A stretch of 64,000 nt of DNA from an uncultured delta proteobacterium (lineage in GTDB: Bacteria; Myxococcota_A; Polyangia; Polyangiales; Polyangiaceae), in contig CAWJCS010000002.1 of NCBI GenBank assembly GCA_963841435.1, positions 224,001 to 288,000 on the forward strand, read 5' to 3'. The position numbers were made by a program, and so were the translations under genes. The stretch's first letter is position 1; each line of letters starts with the position of its first letter. Of this stretch, positions 60,385 to 64,000 are shown piece after piece. Below the pieces are notes generated by a model. That model was not told the DNA's origin and made no database searches. It was given only the letters and a program-made list of their open reading frames with translations.

Positions 60385-60468
60385 CGAGGACCTCCACGGG
60401 GCGCTCACAAGCGAAGCTCGGGAGCTTCGTTTGCGAAGCAGGGCGGGCAGAACTATCGTTTTCGCCGG

Positions 60469-61059
60469 TTGCGCTACCAGGACTGGGCCGTTCCGTTCGT
60501 CTTCGCAGTGGTCGGGCTCGCGGTGGTGCTTGCGCGCGAGCCCGTGAAGAGGACGCGCGCCTCGGCAGAGTCGGCCCCGCCGCCGCCACCGCCCCCAGCA
60601 ACCATCGAGCAGCCGGAGCCGCTTCCGCCCGAGCCGCCGTTCGGACCCCTGAAGCGGGCGGATTCCGGGCTTCCTTGTGACGTCGACGAGGTGCTCGCCA
60701 AAAAGTGTCGGCGTTGCCATGCCAACCCTCCGCGCCACGGCGCCCCCGTCGTCTTCTACACGTGGGAGGAAATGCAGGCGCCCCGCCACGAGCGGCCGCT
60801 CTACGAGATCCTCGGACGGGTGGTGGACTCGGGATACATGCCTTTCGCTACGCCCGCGAATCCTCCGGTCGAGCGCCTGACAGACGCCGAGAAACGCATC
60901 CTGCACGATTGGGTGGCCGCCGGCGCGCCGCGCGGCTCATGCGATGCTGAAAAAGAGCCCGACGCGGGCAAGCCCTCGAGCGCACGCCCGAAGAAACCGA
61001 AAGCGAAACGCTCGCCCGTCGTCTCCGCGCATCCTGCGCCCTCGGCGAGCTCGCCCTAG
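60469..61059 (+). CDS. Monoheme c-type cytochrome domain protein
   Basis: N-terminal TM, Pro linker, CRRCH, YMP, LTDAEKRILHDWVAAGAP. Confidence 0.8.
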   Translation: MRYQDWAVPFVFAVVGLAVVLAREPVKRTRASAESAPPPPPPPATIEQPEPLPPEPPFGPLKRADSGLPCDVDEVLAKKCRRCHANPPRHGAPVVFYTWEEMQAPRHERPLYEILGRVVDSGYMPFATPANPPVERLTDAEKRILHDWVAAGAPRGSCDAEKEPDAGKPSSARPKKPKAKRSPVVSAHPAPSASSP

Positions 61060-61260
61060 CACTACTGTCAGAGTCTTGGAGGAACAGATCACGATCCGGC
61101 AGAGAGAACATGAGCCACGAAAGCAACTGGCGAGGCCAGCGGGCGGCCGTCTTCGAGCAGGAAATGGACGCAAGACGTGGGCGCCGCCGTCCGAAAAGTT
61201 CGCCGCTCGCCAATCTGCGAATTTCTCGAAGGAAACGCGAATCTCTGACAGTAGTGCTAG
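61056..61260. mobile_element. MITE-like non-autonomous element
   Basis: Perfect 18-bp inverted repeat CTAGCACTACTGTCAGAG (61056-61073) / CTCTGACAGTAGTGCTAG (61243-61260); no transposase. Confidence 0.75.
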
Positions 61261-61356
61261 AGCGCATCCCGAGACAACCTGCGCCACCGTCGGAATTGTC
61301 CACCGAGGCGCGCGAAGATGCTCGTCTGACTTTTTGTCGCGGGGAGTCGTACCTAG
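61257..61356. repeat. Second, degenerate CTAG-bounded inverted-repeat element
   Basis: CTAG at both ends; CCCGAGACAA (61268-61277) vs TTGTCGCGGG (61334-61343), 9/10 complementary. Confidence 0.4.
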
Positions 61357-61394
61357 GAGGGGGTGGCGCTGCAGGCGCTTTCCGCCGCGACCAA

Positions 61395-62504
61395 TCAGAC
61401 GGTCGCCGGCTGCAGAGGGCGCGGCAGATCGCGAGACGCGGTCCCGCCGGGGGCGCCGGGCGGCGGAGGCGGCAACGTGCGCGGGCGCTCGCCGAGGGTC
61501 GGCACACACTCGCCTGTGTGCGGGTCGATCAGCGTGGTCTCGTCGCGATAGACGCGGGGCGTGCGGTAAAGCTCGGCGAGAGCGCGCCAGAGCGGCATCG
61601 ATTGATAGCGCTCGGGCCAGCGGGCGACGATGAGTGACCTGACCTCCGGCGCGTGCCGTGAGCTCATCCACGGGAACAGATGGTGCTCGACGTGGAAACC
61701 GAAGCCGAGCGTCAGCCATCCGAACCAGCGAGGCACCGTGACAGTCAGCGAGTTTTCGAGCGGGTCGTTCACGAGGGTCAGCGGCGAGAGCGAGTGGTTG
61801 GTCAAGATGTGCGCCATGACCATGACGTTGGCGACGATCACCGGGAGCACCGCAGCGAACAGGAAGTGCAGCGGCCCCAGAGCCACGAAGAGCGAAAGCC
61901 AGACCCCGAGTCCGAGGCCCGTTTCGAGCAGCGCGAGCCGATGCTGGCGCGCGGAGAGATAGCCACGGCGGCGGGCGACCAGCAGCATGTGCAGGCTCTG
62001 GACGGAGAAGCCGACGAACAGCGCCGTGAGCCCGCGCAGCCGGCGGCGCCCGATGGCAAACCAATCGGTGGCCAGGCGAGTCTGGAAGTTTGCCTGGTAT
62101 TCGGCCAGCGTCGGGTACGCGTCGGGATCGATGCGGGGGTGCTGAGCGTTACCGTGATGCACGCGGTTGTGCCACGCGACCCAGAGCCGCGGTGAGATCA
62201 CGAAGGGCAGGAATGCCACCCAGCCGACGGCGTGGCGCGCGCGCTTCTCCCGCACGACTGCCGCGTGCAGCGTCTCGTGTCCGAGAAAGACCAGCCCGGC
62301 GAGCGAAACACCGATGATCAGCGAAAACAGCGGGTAAAAGAGCGGGCTCGGCCAAGCGGCCGCGATGGCCAGCATGCCGGCGGCGATGACCGCGAGATGC
62401 GCGGGCAGGAAGAGCACCCGCGAGCGTGCGGGCTCGAGGGCCTGCCGAGGCAGAAGTGGCTTGAGCTCGCCCGCGTAGGCCGAGATCGGGATCGGTGTCT
62501 TCAC
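61395..62504 (-). CDS. Membrane fatty-acid desaturase family protein
   Basis: His boxes HETLH, HNRVHH, HVEHHLFP. Confidence 0.9.
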   Translation of the reverse strand: MKTPIPISAYAGELKPLLPRQALEPARSRVLFLPAHLAVIAAGMLAIAAAWPSPLFYPLFSLIIGVSLAGLVFLGHETLHAAVVREKRARHAVGWVAFLPFVISPRLWVAWHNRVHHGNAQHPRIDPDAYPTLAEYQANFQTRLATDWFAIGRRRLRGLTALFVGFSVQSLHMLLVARRRGYLSARQHRLALLETGLGLGVWLSLFVALGPLHFLFAAVLPVIVANVMVMAHILTNHSLSPLTLVNDPLENSLTVTVPRWFGWLTLGFGFHVEHHLFPWMSSRHAPEVRSLIVARWPERYQSMPLWRALAELYRTPRVYRDETTLIDPHTGECVPTLGERPRTLPPPPPGAPGGTASRDLPRPLQPATV

Positions 62505-63333
62505 CCTTTGGAATTTGTACGCGCAACCCGCCAGGTGCCATCACGATACGGTCAGGGTTTCGTCGAGATCGTCAGGGCCGTGTCTCTTCCCGCGGATCCA
62601 CGCCGCGAATCCACCGAACGGCGAGCGTGTCGAGCGCCAACACGTCTACCCGGGCCTCGAGTCCGGCAGGCGGCGAGACAGCGGCGACTCCACGGAAAGC
62701 GCGCTGCGAAACTGATCCAGGCGCTCGTCGCGACCCATCACCACGAGACTGTCGCCCGAGCACAGCGGCACCGCGGGCCTCGGGTCGAGCCCTAAAGCGC
62801 GATGGCGCGTTCGAGGCCGTCGCCCTTCGCGCTCGGCTCAGCGGCATCGCGGCGGCGATCGCCATGCTGCCCGAGCGATCGGTGGATCGCGGCGGGCATG
62901 GTCACGCCGACACCACGCCGGGCGGCGGCGCCAAATTCTAGGGCCATGAGAGCGAGGGCAGCGGCGCGGGCGAAAGCCCCGGCGAAACAGCCGGTGTCCC
63001 GCCACGGAGCGGCGGTCAACGCGTGAGCGGCGGCCGCGCAATTCCTCACGGAATTGCAGACTCAGAACGCTAGCGAAACGGCGGCGATCAGCGCGAGTGT
63101 GGCGTGGATGCACGCTGCGAGGGCGAGAGCCGATGGGCGCGAGCGGATTGCGACGAGGTTTCGGTCTCACGCGACGGGTCGGCGCTTGAAGCGACGGACA
63201 ATTCCGTGATATCGCTTGAGCTCAAACTATTTGGGAAGGGCGCCGGTTCTTTCGGCGCATCGAGAAAGGAGCGTCCGTTGCAACATCGCCTAGCACTCAC
63301 TCACCGGCCGCTCCCTTGGCGCCGGAGCACGCC

Positions 63334-64000
63334 ATGATCCCGGCCTCGGAGGCCGCCGCTCGTGGTGCGGGGACCGCAGCCGAAGCAGGATCGTCACGGA
63401 CCGTCATCGAAAGCGTGCGTCCCGAGGTCGACGCCGGTCGTTTCCCCATCAAGCGGGTCGTGGGCGACACCGTCGTGGTCGAGGCCGACATCTTCTGCGA
63501 TGGGCACGACGTGGTGGTGGGCGAGCTGTTGCACCGCGAGGCGGGGGTTGCAAACTGGTCGGTCGTGCCGATGGCTCCGCTCGGCAACGACCGCTGGAGC
63601 GCCGAGTTCGTCGTCAGCACGCTCGGCGGGCACCGTTACACCGTGCGCGCCTTCACGGATCGCTTCCTGAGCTTTCGCCGCGACTTCGCCAAGCGAGTGA
63701 GCGCCGGCCAGGATGTCGCCGTCGAGATCCTCGTGGGCGCAACGCTCGTTGCCGAGGCAGCGGCGCGGGCCCAGGGTCCGGACGCCACGCTGCTCTGCAA
63801 CATCGCCGAGCGCCTGGCGTCCCGGGAGCCGCTCGAGGCGCGCAGCGCGCTCGTCGTGGACGAGATGCTCGCGGCCGCGATGGCGCGCAACCCCAATCGA
63901 AGCCACGCGGCGCGCTTCGAGCGCGAGCTCGGTGTCTGGGTGGACCGGGTGCGAGCACGCTTCAGCGCGTGGTACGAGATGTTTCCGCGCTCGACGGCGG
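63334..64000 (+). CDS. glgE: Alpha-1,4-glucan:maltose-1-phosphate maltosyltransferase; runs off the window
   Basis: Manual translation: VIESVRPEVDAGRFPIKRVVGD..VEADIFCDGHD, LGNDRW, VDRVRARFSAWYEMFPRS. Confidence 0.92.
   Translation, partial: MIPASEAAARGAGTAAEAGSSRTVIESVRPEVDAGRFPIKRVVGDTVVVEADIFCDGHDVVVGELLHREAGVANWSVVPMAPLGNDRWSAEFVVSTLGGHRYTVRAFTDRFLSFRRDFAKRVSAGQDVAVEILVGATLVAEAAARAQGPDATLLCNIAERLASREPLEARSALVVDEMLAAAMARNPNRSHAARFERELGVWVDRVRARFSAWYEMFPRSTA

Noticed and set aside
62646..62800. Minus-strand peptide 'PLCSGDSLVVMGRDERLDQFR' resembling a TrkA-C domain end
   Set aside because: Too short, with no start or upstream similarity; at most a decayed remnant.
175..63958. Many long Arg/Pro/Ala-rich ORFs in the six-frame track (e.g. 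38992-41385, 48692-50935)
   Set aside because: Antisense or off-frame shadows of real genes in high-GC DNA.

Overview
A very GC-rich window, most likely from a Polyangiaceae/Sorangium-like myxobacterium. This is inferred from the lipobox-Gly/Ser-linker proteins, a MYXO-CTERM tail, an AgmX/PglI-type domain, DUF1592/DUF1552 pairs and eukaryote-like kinases. Much of it encodes secreted lipoproteins built as lipobox + long Gly/Ser linker + cargo, including hydrolases (CE1-type esterase, cutinase-like enzyme, GH2, GH16, DUF922 protease). Other genes: a GH10 xylanase, an M23-type peptidase, two DUF1592+DUF1552 modules (one followed by a triheme cytochrome), aqpZ, rtcB, an ECF sigma/anti-sigma/outer-membrane-protein trio, two fatty-acid desaturases, a type IV pilin with a pseudokinase, a DsbA-NhaA fusion and the start of glgE. 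I found no rRNA, tRNA, CRISPR array or transposase. Less obvious signals: an identical GTGAAC-N16-GGAAT motif facing both ways in the ECF locus, with a near copy before a DUF1592 operon; a small His-brace LPMO-like MYXO-CTERM protein next to the xylanase; a 205-bp MITE with perfect 18-bp inverted repeats plus a degenerate neighbour; a 42-bp duplication of the aqpZ 3' end; and recurring apparent CG>CA/TG changes, one hitting the RtcB metal-ligand Asp. About eight frameshifts in otherwise intact genes suggest long-read consensus error. Family assignments come from motif recognition by eye, with no database searches.
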